A program made the position numbers and the translations under genes. The notes under the pieces are model-generated. The model was not told where the DNA came from and did no database searches. It was given only the letters and a program-made list of their open reading frames with translations. 64,000 nt of DNA. Source: Candidatus Hodarchaeota archaeon. GTDB lineage: Archaea; Asgardarchaeota; Lokiarchaeia; Sigyniarchaeales; SOKP01. Numbering within the stretch: position 1 is the stretch's first letter; the number at the start of each line of letters is the position of its first letter. Positions 1-10,695 of the stretch are shown one piece after another. The DNA lies in NCBI GenBank assembly GCA_048886685.1, contig JBHLKM010000005.1, positions 10,958 to 74,957 of the forward strand, given 5' to 3'.

Positions 1-2
1 GT

Positions 3-3000
3 CATACCGCGAGGTGTGGGAATTACCTCAATATCATTTATCCATAAAGTATCGTCTTGATGATTATATTCACTTGCCATATAAATAGATAGGTTCATGC
101 TTTTTGCCCCACTTGGAACTATGATTACAAATTCTGCTTCACCTGAAATGTTGGTAGAAAATGGACCATAAGGTGATGCAGATACGTTATTAAAGTAAGG
201 AGTTATTACTATATTTGATCCCTCTATAGGAAGCCATTCTGAACCATTAAAATATTCTGCCTTTATTACGATAGTAAAATCTTCTCCGGCTTTCACATCA
301 TCAGGGGGATTTATAGGATTAAGAATAATTGAATATCTTTCTATAATTGTTAAATTAAAGTTATAAATTGCCGCCTCATAATTATCAAGTTTTATGGTAA
401 TATTAATAGTATAACTACCCGCATTAGCTAGATTCGAGGTAAAAATATCTCCTTTGTAAGTATTTGATGCAATTACAAAATCCAAAGTGTTCCCAAGTGT
501 GCCGAAATTTGTTGGATTTCCAATTTCAACAAATTCTATGAGATATGAATCAGCATCTCCAGTCAACAAATTATCATTATTATCAAGATCACTAATGTTT
601 AAGGTAACGTATAGATCCCTCTCAATAAACCAGTTATAGTTTTTACCTATTCCACTGAGTGTCACTCCAGCATCTTGATCTTCTATTGAAATCAAGTCAA
701 TTTTCGTTGTGTTTCCTCTTAGGTAAAAATCGAAACTTGCTGTAGTGTAATTATAATTGGGAGGAAGAGAAGCATTTATTTCAAGTTGAATCCAGCCTGA
801 AATTAAATCAGAGACGCTTACATTTAGTATATATTCTCCTTCGGTAGCTGTTGTATATAGCCAAATTGAAGGTCTTGGAAGTAGTGTTTGATTGTCTATA
901 ACAGTGACATTACTAACATCAAGTCCTGAAATACCCTTATTGATATCAGTATTATTAAAGGAAAATAGAATAGTTTGATTTAAGCCATCCTTTTGAACAA
1001 GAATATCATTTTTCGATATTATCTCGATCCCAGTCTGAGCAATTGTTACTGTTAATGTTAAGTAAATGTATTGCGTTTCGTTTCGGGGAGCCGTAATATT
1101 GAAGATACATGTATATGGTACCACTGATGCTGTAACTCCACTTGTATCTAATTCAATAGAGTAGTTTCCCGGCGTGATACTATCCTCGGATAATGAGGCA
1201 TCAAAACCTGAAGGAAGATCTACTACACTAAGAATTGCCTCCTGTATTGGATTAAAATAAATATCTGCATAATTGAAATAATAAGTTCTATTTTGTCCCT
1301 TTATGACATCGCCAAAATCTTTAGTATTTGAAGGAGTAATAGTGGTGTTAACTCGTAGATAAAAAGTAAAATCCGTAATTGCATTATTAAAATACGTTTT
1401 ATTGGCTTCAAATGTTATACTATTCCATCCAAAAGCATAATCACTCGTATTTAAGTTGTATATATAATATCCGTCAGTTCCATTGGTAGAAGGGCCTGAT
1501 AATGATCCACTATTTTCAGTCACAGTGGCACTAACAATTCCTCTATCTCCTTGATTATAACCAGTATCATTGTAAAATAATGTTATATCGAAAATTTCTC
1601 CTTCGAAGTATTCTTTTCCACTCTGAGGGGATATTAACTTTAAATCAGTAATCGCTATTATCGTTAAGTCTTTTTCTAAAAATCCTGCAGCAGTACCATT
1701 ATTCCAATAAACTTGAATCTTGTAAAGTCCATAATTGTCTGTTGCATTATCCGGTATAAACCAATCTTGTAAAGAAATTTCTGAATCTGTAACTAATGAA
1801 GCATTAGCATATGTATGATTTGAATAATAACCAGGAGCAGGACTGTAAACTGTAAGATTAATATTTCCATCGATAATAGGTTCTGTAAAATTTGCTAAGA
1901 AGGAAACCGTGTCAGTATAATTTACCGTTTCTTTTTCTATTGAGTTTACGTATGTGTGAATTGTATGTAGAAGATTATTAGATGTGGCGTTAATAAACCA
2001 ATATGTCCCATTTCCCGCATTAATTATTTGTAATGTTCTATATCCTCCAACTATAGGACCTAAATTAGTATCATCAGTCTTATTATTTCCAATTCCATTA
2101 AATGCCTGCAGATTCTGCCAATTAGCAGGGACAGAAAAATTTATTTTATAATTGCTGAAATCAGAGTCGAAAAAATTTAATCCTCCAATCCTGGTTGTAT
2201 TCCAATTGATATCCTGCCCACTTCCTTGAACTGTAAAGCTTGTAGCTGACTTTAAATCACTTTTAGTATAATTAGCTTGAATTTTAGTGATATTGCATGA
2301 TACATCCCACCATTCTGCGGTTAATTCATAATCTAATTGGGTAGGAAGACTTGTAAAATCTTTGGCGATAGTCACATTACCAGAACCATAATCCTTATTT
2401 TCTACTATGTTATTATTAATCTTAAGAGAAATTTCAGTAGGAAAAGGAGTATTACCACCGTTAGGTGAAAGATCAATTTTCATTAATTGATCTCTTGCTG
2501 GTAGTGCTGGAGTATTTGGATTAGCTAAATCCCATACTATTGAATCGTCAGTTCCATCACCTTCATTTTCAAAATCCCAATTTCCATTATCATTAGTAAG
2601 TCCTAAGACTGCTATGAAAAATGTATTGTTATAAGTATTATCAACATCAAGTGCTTCATGGATATTTGTAATATTGAACCAAATTCTACCTGCTGAATAC
2701 GATTGATTATATGTTCCAATTGTCCTTTGATTGGAGAAATGTTTAATATAATCAGTACCACCAAAGTTCCATAATTGAGCGTTATAAAGTTGAACTTGGT
2801 ATTCTTCCCATCCAAGACCCCCAGTATTTTGAAGACTTAAAGAAATGTTCTCTAAATAACAATCCCCAATCACTTCGAAAGAAGACCATATTTTCGAAGT
2901 AGTTGGTTGAGTCCATGAGAATTGATCTTCAATATTTAAGGTCTGGTTTGGAGCATAAATATCCTCTACAAAAATTTGAGATAGTGTTGAGTTAAATGTT

Positions 3001-3323
3001 GACTCAAATGGAGAATCAATATAAAAAGTATTATTATTACTATCAGAAGCATTAGTAATTTCAAATAAGGGAGTTCCTACATCAATTTTTGATTGGTGTA
3101 AACTTATATTCAAGTTCTCTCCTGAATTACCATAATCAGAAGAATAGCTGGCAGCTATGATTTCATCAATAAAGATAGGATCATTTGGAGTATTGATGTT
3201 AGTTAAATTATAAGACGAAGAGAAGTTAAAAATATTTGGATTAAACGCTGTAATACTAAGCATAGCTGTTAACGCGAGCAATATAAAAATTCGCTTGCTT
3301 TTCTTAATATTTAAATTCACCAT
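3..3323 (-). CDS. Large secreted/cell-surface glycoprotein (beta-rich, S-layer/Ig-like modules), 3' end outside window
   Basis: Missing from the ORF track because it runs off the window. My translation is open from ATG 3323 (MVNLNIKKSKRIFILLALTAMLSITAF, a basic n-region plus hydrophobic signal) for >1100 codons. It is very rich in N/T/S/I/Y with many N-x-S/T sequons. Confidence 0.85.
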   Translation of the reverse strand, partial: MVNLNIKKSKRIFILLALTAMLSITAFNPNIFNFSSSYNLTNINTPNDPIFIDEIIAASYSSDYGNSGENLNISLHQSKIDVGTPLFEITNASDSNNNTFYIDSPFESTFNSTLSQIFVEDIYAPNQTLNIEDQFSWTQPTTSKIWSSFEVIGDCYLENISLSLQNTGGLGWEEYQVQLYNAQLWNFGGTDYIKHFSNQRTIGTYNQSYSAGRIWFNITNIHEALDVDNTYNNTFFIAVLGLTNDNGNWDFENEGDGTDDSIVWDLANPNTPALPARDQLMKIDLSPNGGNTPFPTEISLKINNNIVENKDYGSGNVTIAKDFTSLPTQLDYELTAEWWDVSCNITKIQANYTKSDLKSATSFTVQGSGQDINWNTTRIGGLNFFDSDFSNYKINFSVPANWQNLQAFNGIGNNKTDDTNLGPIVGGYRTLQIINAGNGTYWFINATSNNLLHTIHTYVNSIEKETVNYTDTVSFLANFTEPIIDGNINLTVYSPAPGYYSNHTYANASLVTDSEISLQDWFIPDNATDNYGLYKIQVYWNNGTAAGFLEKDLTIIAITDLKLISPQSGKEYFEGEIFDITLFYNDTGYNQGDRGIVSATVTENSGSLSGPSTNGTDGYYIYNLNTSDYAFGWNSITFEANKTYFNNAITDFTFYLRVNTTITPSNTKDFGDVIKGQNRTYYFNYADIYFNPIQEAILSVVDLPSGFDASLSEDSITPGNYSIELDTSGVTASVVPYTCIFNITAPRNETQYIYLTLTVTIAQTGIEIISKNDILVQKDGLNQTILFSFNNTDINKGISGLDVSNVTVIDNQTLLPRPSIWLYTTATEGEYILNVSVSDLISGWIQLEINASLPPNYNYTTASFDFYLRGNTTKIDLISIEDQDAGVTLSGIGKNYNWFIERDLYVTLNISDLDNNDNLLTGDADSYLIEFVEIGNPTNFGTLGNTLDFVIASNTYKGDIFTSNLANAGSYTINITIKLDNYEAAIYNFNLTIIERYSIILNPINPPDDVKAGEDFTIVIKAEYFNGSEWLPIEGSNIVITPYFNNVSASPYGPFSTNISGEAEFVIIVPSGAKSMNLSIYMASEYNHQDDTLWINDIEVIPTPRGM

Positions 3324-3573
3324 AATAATCAGAAGTCGATTTCTAAATTTTTATTTTTATATTACAATTCGTAATTATTACTAATATTTTTGTAGGTAAA
3401 ATTTGAATAAATTTTTTATTTAATTGTATGGATAATATCACGATTAGTTCCTTTAAATCTATCTAATATGGAGCATTTATGTTCCATTAAGTAGAGCTTT
3501 TCAAAAAAAAATAATTCAAAAATTAATTTAAAATTTAAGTATTAGTCTTAGAAAAAAGAGATTTAAATAACTG

Positions 3574-4263
3574 TTATTCACTTTTCTTTAAGATGATCCT
3601 AGCATCTACACAAATCAAGCCTTTTTCATAAATGAACACAGGATTTAGATCCATTTCATTAATTTCTTCATGCTTAACAACAAGTTCTGATATTGTTAAC
3701 AATGTTTTTACAATGGCATCAAGATCAGCTTTTGGTTTCCCGCGGTATCCATCTAATATTGGGAATCCTTTGATTTCTTTAATCATTTCTTTGGCATCAT
3801 ATTCTGTTATCGGAGCTATTCTAAAACTTACATCCTCTAAGAGTTCAACCAAAATCCCTCCTATACCGAACATTAAAGCAGGTCCAAATTGAGGATCTGT
3901 TGTCATTCCAATGATAAGTTCCGTAATTGGTTCATCTGCCATTTTTTGCACAGAGATCTTTTTCTCTTTTTGAGCAGGAATTTTCATTAATTCCTCGTAA
4001 GCTTCTTCAGTTTCTTGCTTATTCTTTAGATTTAGTTTTACAGCACCGGTATCAGATTTATGCACTATATCTTCTGCCATTAGTTTTAATACTATAGGAA
4101 AACCAATTTTTTCAGCCGCGGATAAAGTTTCTTCCTTTGAAGTTGTTAATTTTTGATCAGGTACAGGAATTCCGATTTCTTGTAGAAGTTCCTTAGATTC
4201 AAATTCAGTTAAGACTGTTTGATTTGTTTCAATCTTATTTTTCAAAACTTCAGCAATATTCAT
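3574..4263 (-). CDS. acdB: ADP-forming acetate/acyl-CoA ligase, beta subunit (ATP-grasp)
   Basis: Motifs LTEFESKELL, IGFPIVLK, IVHKSDTGAV, DPQFGP, EMDLNP, DARI; stand-alone 229-aa subunit. Confidence 0.9.
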   Translation of the reverse strand: MNIAEVLKNKIETNQTVLTEFESKELLQEIGIPVPDQKLTTSKEETLSAAEKIGFPIVLKLMAEDIVHKSDTGAVKLNLKNKQETEEAYEELMKIPAQKEKKISVQKMADEPITELIIGMTTDPQFGPALMFGIGGILVELLEDVSFRIAPITEYDAKEMIKEIKGFPILDGYRGKPKADLDAIVKTLLTISELVVKHEEINEMDLNPVFIYEKGLICVDARIILKKSE

Positions 4264-4427
4264 TACTATAATCTCATTTAAGAATATTGAACTATTCAGT
4301 TCTAATTAATTTATAAAATTATAAAAAAAATATAAAATTAATTAAAAATATTCAAATCCTACTTCTAGTAAAAGAAACTAGATATAAATATGAAATTTAA
4401 AAGAAGTAATGATGAAAAAAAGAGTTA

Positions 4428-7244
4428 CTAAGTTTTTTTTAGTGTAATTCCTTTCTTTTTCCTGAGTCTATATTTTCTTACCTCATCAACTACTGAGACA
4501 CTAAATGCAGCAAAGAAAAGAGTTATCCAATAATAAGGGTGGAATAAAGGTACAACATGAAATGCTAATCCCATAGGAGTATATAATATAAGCATTTGTA
4601 AACCTAAAGAAAGTCCAGTAGCCCAGAATAAATGTTTATTTGGAAACAAGTAAAAGGGTTTCACATTAGAAGTACAGGTGTAAACAAACATTAATTCACA
4701 AATGACTAGGTTTGTAAATAAGATTGTCTGAGCTAACGATAAAGCATATGTGCTATCTACTGCTGTTAAACGAGGATCTATTCCCGCATCGACCCAAGCA
4801 GGAAGAAAAACACCCCATAGAAGTAAATAGAGAGAAATATCTGTAATCGAGGTATAAATTCCAAGTAATAAAACAGGACCTTTAATCTCTGGTAATAAAG
4901 TAAATCCTTTTCTCGGTTCCTCTTTCATCACATCTGGATCTGTGGGTGTAAGCCCAAGAACCATGGCAGGTATGCCATCAGTTGCTATATTAAGCCACAA
5001 AATTTGAATTGGTTTAACGGGAAGACCAATAAATACAAGCGGAAATAGTTTCATTACTATATAGGCAACGAGAATTAAAAAGATTTCATCAAAATTTGTA
5101 CTCAACATATATCTAAAGAAACCTTTAGTAGTTTCAAAAATTCCTCTTCCTTCCTCTATCGCATTAACAATTGTCGCATAATTATCATCAATTAATATCA
5201 TTTCTGAAGCCTCTTGAGTTACTTCTGTCCCTTTTAATCCCATTGCAACACCTACATGTGCGCCTTTAACAGCTGGAGCATCATTTACTCCGTCACCTGT
5301 CATTGAAACTATCAAATCTAATTCCTTTAATCTACGCAGAATTCTTAGTTTATGTTCAGAGGTAACTCTGGCAAAAATATCTACCGTTTTAACTTTCTCA
5401 CGGAGTTCATCATCACTCATTTCCTCTAAATCAACGCCAGTAATAGCTTCACTTGATTGAGTTAAACCTATTTCATGTGCAATTGCTACAGCAGTAATTG
5501 CGTGGTCGCCTGTAATCATGATAGTTCTAATACCAGCATCTCGAGCTTCTTCAATAGCATCTTTTACCTCATCTCTTGCTGGATCTATAATTCCTGCTAA
5601 ACCTAGGTATGTATAATCAGTTTCAATTTCTTCCTCTTTATATCCTTCTCTGATTGGTTTATAAGCTATACCTAAAACTCGAAGTGCGTTCTTTGCAAAT
5701 TCTTCATTTTTCTTTAGAATTATCTCCTTTGCTTCATCAATAGGTCTTTCTTGACCGTCCATGAGTGCTTTCCCAGCTTTTTTTAACAAAACATCTGGAG
5801 CCCCTTTGATTAAAGCAAACATTTGATTATCAATTTTAGAAATCACTGACATCATCTTTCTATCAGAGCTGAAAGGAATTTCATCAACTTTTTCAGCTTT
5901 TGTGTCTAATTCCATTTTCATAGCTAATACTTTTAGGGATATTTCTGTAGGATCACCAACAACATCAGTATTATTTGTACCATCATCTTTAGGGGATACA
6001 TTTGAATTATTGCAGAACATACAAACCTCAAGGAATCTTTTAATATAATTTTCTTCTACTAATGGAACTTGTTTCCCCTTATCATCAATAATCTTGCCCT
6101 CAAGTGCATATCCTACTCCTTCAACATTGTACTCATTTCCTCCTAAAAACACTTTTACAACTGTCATTTCGTTTTTTGTCAAAGTGCCTGTTTTATCTGA
6201 ACAAATCACATTTACCCTTCCCAGGGTCTCAACCGCAGTAAGTTTACGTACTAAAGCATTGCGATCTGCCATTTTACGCATTCCTAAAGACATAACAACA
6301 GTGATTACAACTATTAATCCTTCAGGTACAGCTGAAACCGCTAAACTTATTGATATTTCAAATGCTTCAATGAGTTCATCAACATCAAATTCAGTAATTA
6401 AGAGAATAAGTAGTTCAATTAGAAAAACTGCCGCACAAATTAGTAATATTATTATACCTAGAAGTTTTCCAAATCTGTTTACTTCTTTTTGAAATGGACT
6501 AAGTTCGATTTCTTCTTCTTGTAAGCTTTCTGCTATTTTACCAATTTCAGTATTCATTCCTGTCCCTATAACAATTCCTTCTCCATTACCACGAGTGATG
6601 ATAGTATTCATATATCCAAGATTAGTCCTGTCCGCTAAAATCATTTTCTCGTCAACAGGCTTCAATTGTTTTTTAACAGGTTTTGATTCTCCAGTTAAAA
6701 TTGCCTCATCAACATAAAGTGAAAATTCTTTATAAAGCCGTATATCAGCAGGAAACTTATCTCCTCCTTCAAAGAGAGCAATATCCCCAGGGACAACTTC
6801 CTCTACACCTATTTCTATTACTCTACCATCTCTTCGGACTTTAGCAAAATGAGGTGCTAATTTTTTTAGACTTTCTAAGGATCTTTCAGCTTGATACTCC
6901 TGGTAAAAACCTAATATAGCATTTACTATTAGAATTGCCGCGATTACTATAGCATCAGTGTATTCTGAAGGCCATCCTACATCGGGATCAGTAGATTCAT
7001 AAATTCCAATCAGAATTGAAATAAATATTGCGAACATTAGGAGATATATGAGGAAGTCTTTAAACTGTCCTATGAATATCTGCCAAGCTGTCTTACCTTT
7101 TTCTTTAATTAATTCATTTCTACCATATTTTTCAAGCCTAATTTGTGATTCTTTTTCAGTCAAACCATTTTCGATAGAAGTATTCATTTTATTAGCTACT
7201 TCTTCAAAATCGATTGCATGCGATTGAATATTTTCCATTTTCAT
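4428..7244 (-). CDS. P-type cation-transporting ATPase (P2A, Ca2+-type)
   Basis: TGES, PEGL, DKTGTLT phosphorylation site, KGAPD, TGDGVND, QILWLNIATD; about 10 TM helices. Confidence 0.95.
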   Translation of the reverse strand: MKMENIQSHAIDFEEVANKMNTSIENGLTEKESQIRLEKYGRNELIKEKGKTAWQIFIGQFKDFLIYLLMFAIFISILIGIYESTDPDVGWPSEYTDAIVIAAILIVNAILGFYQEYQAERSLESLKKLAPHFAKVRRDGRVIEIGVEEVVPGDIALFEGGDKFPADIRLYKEFSLYVDEAILTGESKPVKKQLKPVDEKMILADRTNLGYMNTIITRGNGEGIVIGTGMNTEIGKIAESLQEEEIELSPFQKEVNRFGKLLGIIILLICAAVFLIELLILLITEFDVDELIEAFEISISLAVSAVPEGLIVVITVVMSLGMRKMADRNALVRKLTAVETLGRVNVICSDKTGTLTKNEMTVVKVFLGGNEYNVEGVGYALEGKIIDDKGKQVPLVEENYIKRFLEVCMFCNNSNVSPKDDGTNNTDVVGDPTEISLKVLAMKMELDTKAEKVDEIPFSSDRKMMSVISKIDNQMFALIKGAPDVLLKKAGKALMDGQERPIDEAKEIILKKNEEFAKNALRVLGIAYKPIREGYKEEEIETDYTYLGLAGIIDPARDEVKDAIEEARDAGIRTIMITGDHAITAVAIAHEIGLTQSSEAITGVDLEEMSDDELREKVKTVDIFARVTSEHKLRILRRLKELDLIVSMTGDGVNDAPAVKGAHVGVAMGLKGTEVTQEASEMILIDDNYATIVNAIEEGRGIFETTKGFFRYMLSTNFDEIFLILVAYIVMKLFPLVFIGLPVKPIQILWLNIATDGIPAMVLGLTPTDPDVMKEEPRKGFTLLPEIKGPVLLLGIYTSITDISLYLLLWGVFLPAWVDAGIDPRLTAVDSTYALSLAQTILFTNLVICELMFVYTCTSNVKPFYLFPNKHLFWATGLSLGLQMLILYTPMGLAFHVVPLFHPYYWITLFFAAFSVSVVDEVRKYRLRKKKGITLKKT

Positions 7245-7592
7245 TACACAAATTTTAATTTTTCTTTAGATGTTTTTAATAAAAGAAATACAAACATATA
7301 AACTCATTATTTGATTTAATAAATTTAAATTCTCTTATAGGCTTTAGCAAAAGAAATCCTTAAATATAACCACTCGGACTCATATTACTCATGAATCCTC
7401 ATCTTTAAATTTATTATGAAAATAAATTAAGGGCTAAAAGAAATTTGAAAATTCGAATTATGATTAACCTCTTTGACATATTATTAAAATTAAATACCTT
7501 AAGAATTAAAAATGTAAAATTTATAAATATCATAACAGTTAAATTAATAAATTTACAACAAATAAAACATAAAACATCTAAATTCGATTAGT

Positions 7593-8171
7593 ATGAGGCC
7601 ATCGCGTGTTTTTAGGCTATTATTTCGTATCTTTATTACTTTATTGACAATATCAGTTACAACAGTATCAATTTTGGGTGGATTATCTGCAGTTTTGATA
7701 TTGTCAAATCAAGACAACTTTGGGGTAGACACTGATGAGGCTACCTTTTATTTAGAAATAAACAATTCAACTCTAAAAATTGAAAACGCAAATTTCTCTT
7801 TACCTTTTAACTTAACTAATACGGGGTATTTTGATTTGGAAGATCTCCAAGTTGGTGTTAAATTAGGGTTAAACTATAGTCATATAGTAAATGCAACTCT
7901 AAATGAAACAAGAGTTGTTGAACTCCTTGATGTTACACGAAATTTTGGTAATATTAATAAAGGAGCGACTGAATACTATAACTTCTCTGTGAGTAATAGT
8001 AGTTTTCTCCATCATAATTTTCCAGATCCCCTTGATGTAGACTGGTTTAGGGGCCCTCCAGCTTTAGAATTTTATGCAAATTTCACCATTAGTTTGGTTT
8101 ATTCAATAGGAATGCATGCTCTTTCCATTACAATAATTAATATAAAAGTAGGGGAGTACAGCCCTTTTTAG
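7593..8171 (+). CDS. Hypothetical membrane-anchored protein with extracellular beta domain (LEA/WHy-like)
   Basis: N-terminal TM helix, N-x-S/T sequons and an FNLTNTGYFDLEDL segment; first gene of a tight 3-gene operon. Confidence 0.7.
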   Translation: MRPSRVFRLLFRIFITLLTISVTTVSILGGLSAVLILSNQDNFGVDTDEATFYLEINNSTLKIENANFSLPFNLTNTGYFDLEDLQVGVKLGLNYSHIVNATLNETRVVELLDVTRNFGNINKGATEYYNFSVSNSSFLHHNFPDPLDVDWFRGPPALEFYANFTISLVYSIGMHALSITIINIKVGEYSPF

Positions 8172-8183
8172 GAGGCTTTTATT

Positions 8184-8657
8184 ATGGGTGCCGTTAAAAA
8201 TATGGTTAGGGGTTTTTTATTTACTGGAGTTTATGTTTTAATTACTATTGTTATTCCTCTTGTGACTTTTAGTTTAATTTTTAGCATTGAAAATTTACCT
8301 TTAAAGTGGGAAAAACAAGATCAAACCAATATAACTTTTTGGTTAACTGCTTTTGGATTATTAGTAAGTGGATTGGCGTTTTTCAAATATTCTTCACCAA
8401 AACAATCAATTAGAAAAGGTGTTTTCGCTCTCATTCAAGTTGTTGTAAATTGTTTATATCTGTGGAGTTATAGATTTTCAGGCGCTTCTGAGATTACATT
8501 TATAATCCTAGATTTTGGATATTTTACATTAAACATTTCACAGATGATTTTAATATATATGGGGATTTACTTTTTAACGATTATAATTAAAGTGTATGAT
8601 ATTATTGATTTTACAGTTAATAGAGAACAAATTCGAGAAAATCGGATGAAAGAGTAA
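8184..8657 (+). CDS. Hypothetical integral membrane protein (about 4 TM)
   Basis: Hydrophobic ORF with GGAGG SD upstream; 12-nt gap from the previous gene. Confidence 0.75.
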   Translation: MGAVKNMVRGFLFTGVYVLITIVIPLVTFSLIFSIENLPLKWEKQDQTNITFWLTAFGLLVSGLAFFKYSSPKQSIRKGVFALIQVVVNCLYLWSYRFSGASEITFIILDFGYFTLNISQMILIYMGIYFLTIIIKVYDIIDFTVNREQIRENRMKE

Positions 8658-8676
8658 AAGAGGTGAGATATTAAAC

Positions 8677-9075
8677 ATGATATTTCAAATGGATTTTTTA
8701 GAAATATTAGCAAATATAGTTGGTTCTATTCTCCTTTTCTTAAAACCACTGGTGACTCCTATAGGACAGTGGATGGTTGATTGGATTACCGCAACGACAC
8801 AGTTCTTTAAAGAAAACCTTGGTACGAGTTTAATCTTTTATATTGTGATATGTACTATCATAATAGTATCCGGTATAGTTGTCAATATTGTTTGGCCAGG
8901 GGATAGACCAGGATCCATCTTCTCAAAAGAAATAGGAAAAATTGAGGAATTTGAAGATAAATTTGACGTCTTCGAAGATGAGGATATAGTTGCTGAAATC
9001 AAGAGATGTAAGGATTGCGGAAATCCAGTTGGTGATTCTGAAATTTGTCCGTTATGTGGAGCTCGTCAAATGTGA
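8677..9075 (+). CDS. Membrane protein with C-terminal zinc ribbon
   Basis: TM helix, acidic linker, CKDCG...CPLCG; GAGGTGA SD upstream. Confidence 0.75.
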   Translation: MIFQMDFLEILANIVGSILLFLKPLVTPIGQWMVDWITATTQFFKENLGTSLIFYIVICTIIIVSGIVVNIVWPGDRPGSIFSKEIGKIEEFEDKFDVFEDEDIVAEIKRCKDCGNPVGDSEICPLCGARQM

Positions 9076-9361
9076 AATAATTTTTTTCACGTTATTTATA
9101 ATTTTCTCGCTTCTATTTACAAATCCATCTAATCTACTTTTTTTTTATATTGAGCTATTTCAAATTCACAATTCTTCAATACCTGCTTTCATTGATGAAA
9201 CTTCAGTATTTTTTACAATTAAAATATCATAAATTTATCTATAATTAACTTAGCACATATCTTCCTTTAATTTAATAAAATATAATTATGATAAATAACT
9301 AGTTTTTCCAAATAGATTATTTTTTTAATATAGTTTTATTAAAAAAAAAGTTGAAAATATT

Positions 9362-10516
9362 ATGGATTTTTCTTTAACTGAAAAACAAGAAATGTTGAAA
9401 AAAATTACAAGGGAATTTGCTGAGGAATATCTTGTACCTGTAGCAAAAGAAAGCGATGAAAAACAGGAATTGGATGCTAAAGCTTTTCAAAAAATGAAAG
9501 AAATGAACTATTTTGGAGCATGTATTCCAGAAGAATTTGGTGGTGCTGGACTTCATAATGATACTATTAGTCATTGTATTGTTGTTGAAGAAATAGGACG
9601 TGCTGATGCAGCTTGGGGTCTTTCTATTGCAGTTCATAATGGTCTTGCTACTTTCCCTATCTATAAGTTTGGAACGGAAGAGCAAAAGCAAAAGTTCCTA
9701 ATGGATCTTGCTAAAGGTGATAAAGTAGGCGCTTTTTGTCTAACAGAAGCAGATGCAGGGTCAGACGCTGGAGGAGTACAGTTAACTGCAGAAAAAGACG
9801 GTGATGAGTATATACTTAACGGGAGTAAGATTTTTGCAACAAATGGTGGTATAGCTAATACTCTACTTGTGATAGCTAAAACTGGTGAAAAAGAGGGTAG
9901 AAAACAATTATCTATATTTATTGTTGATACTGACACTCCTGGTTATAATGTTGGCGCAAAAGAAGATAAATTAGGAGTCCGTGGCTCAAATACATCTGAA
10001 CTTGTATTTAAAGATGTTAGGGTACCTCAAGAGAATGTTTTAGGAGGAATTGGAGATGGATTTAAGCTTGCGATGCAGATTTTAGGATATGGAAGAATTG
10101 TTATTGCAGCTCAATCTGTAGGTTTAGGACAAGCATCGTTAGAAGCTTCAATTAAATATGCAAATGAGAGAGTGCAATTTGGACAACCAATAGGAAGATT
10201 TCAAGCTATTCAATGGAAAATTGCAGATATGGCATGTGCCGTGGAAGCAGGTCGATACTTTACTTTTAAAGCCGCCTTTATGTATGATAACAAAATGGAC
10301 TATGGACATGTGAGTTCAATGGCAAAATTGGTGGCATCTGAGGCGGCAATGCAAGCAGCTCATAGCGCTGTTCAAATACATGGAGGATATGGTTTAATGA
10401 AAGCATATCCCGTAGAAAGATATTTCAGAGATGCAAAGATGGGTGAAATTTATGAGGGAACAAGTGAAATTCAAAGGATGGTAATCGCTAATCACTTATT
10501 ACGAAAAGGAGTTTAA
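9362..10516 (+). CDS. Acyl-CoA dehydrogenase (short/branched-chain type)
   Basis: FCLTEADAGSD, GSKIFATNG, KLGVRGS, QIHGGYG, IYEGTSEIQR. Confidence 0.95.
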   Translation: MDFSLTEKQEMLKKITREFAEEYLVPVAKESDEKQELDAKAFQKMKEMNYFGACIPEEFGGAGLHNDTISHCIVVEEIGRADAAWGLSIAVHNGLATFPIYKFGTEEQKQKFLMDLAKGDKVGAFCLTEADAGSDAGGVQLTAEKDGDEYILNGSKIFATNGGIANTLLVIAKTGEKEGRKQLSIFIVDTDTPGYNVGAKEDKLGVRGSNTSELVFKDVRVPQENVLGGIGDGFKLAMQILGYGRIVIAAQSVGLGQASLEASIKYANERVQFGQPIGRFQAIQWKIADMACAVEAGRYFTFKAAFMYDNKMDYGHVSSMAKLVASEAAMQAAHSAVQIHGGYGLMKAYPVERYFRDAKMGEIYEGTSEIQRMVIANHLLRKGV

Positions 10517-10695
10517 CGAAAATAGACAAAAATAATTTTTATTAAATAACTAATTCTTTTCCAAATTTAAAATTGTTGACTTCGTTTGTTTATCAAAATT
10601 TAGTAAACATTTTTAGTAATTTGAATTTCTATATTTTAAAATATCAACTATTTGAGGATTAATTCATAAATCGTTTAAGTGTAATTAAAAATCCT

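Noticed and set aside
2612-2815. 67-aa track ORF
   Set aside because: Alternative-frame ORF inside the large surface-protein gene
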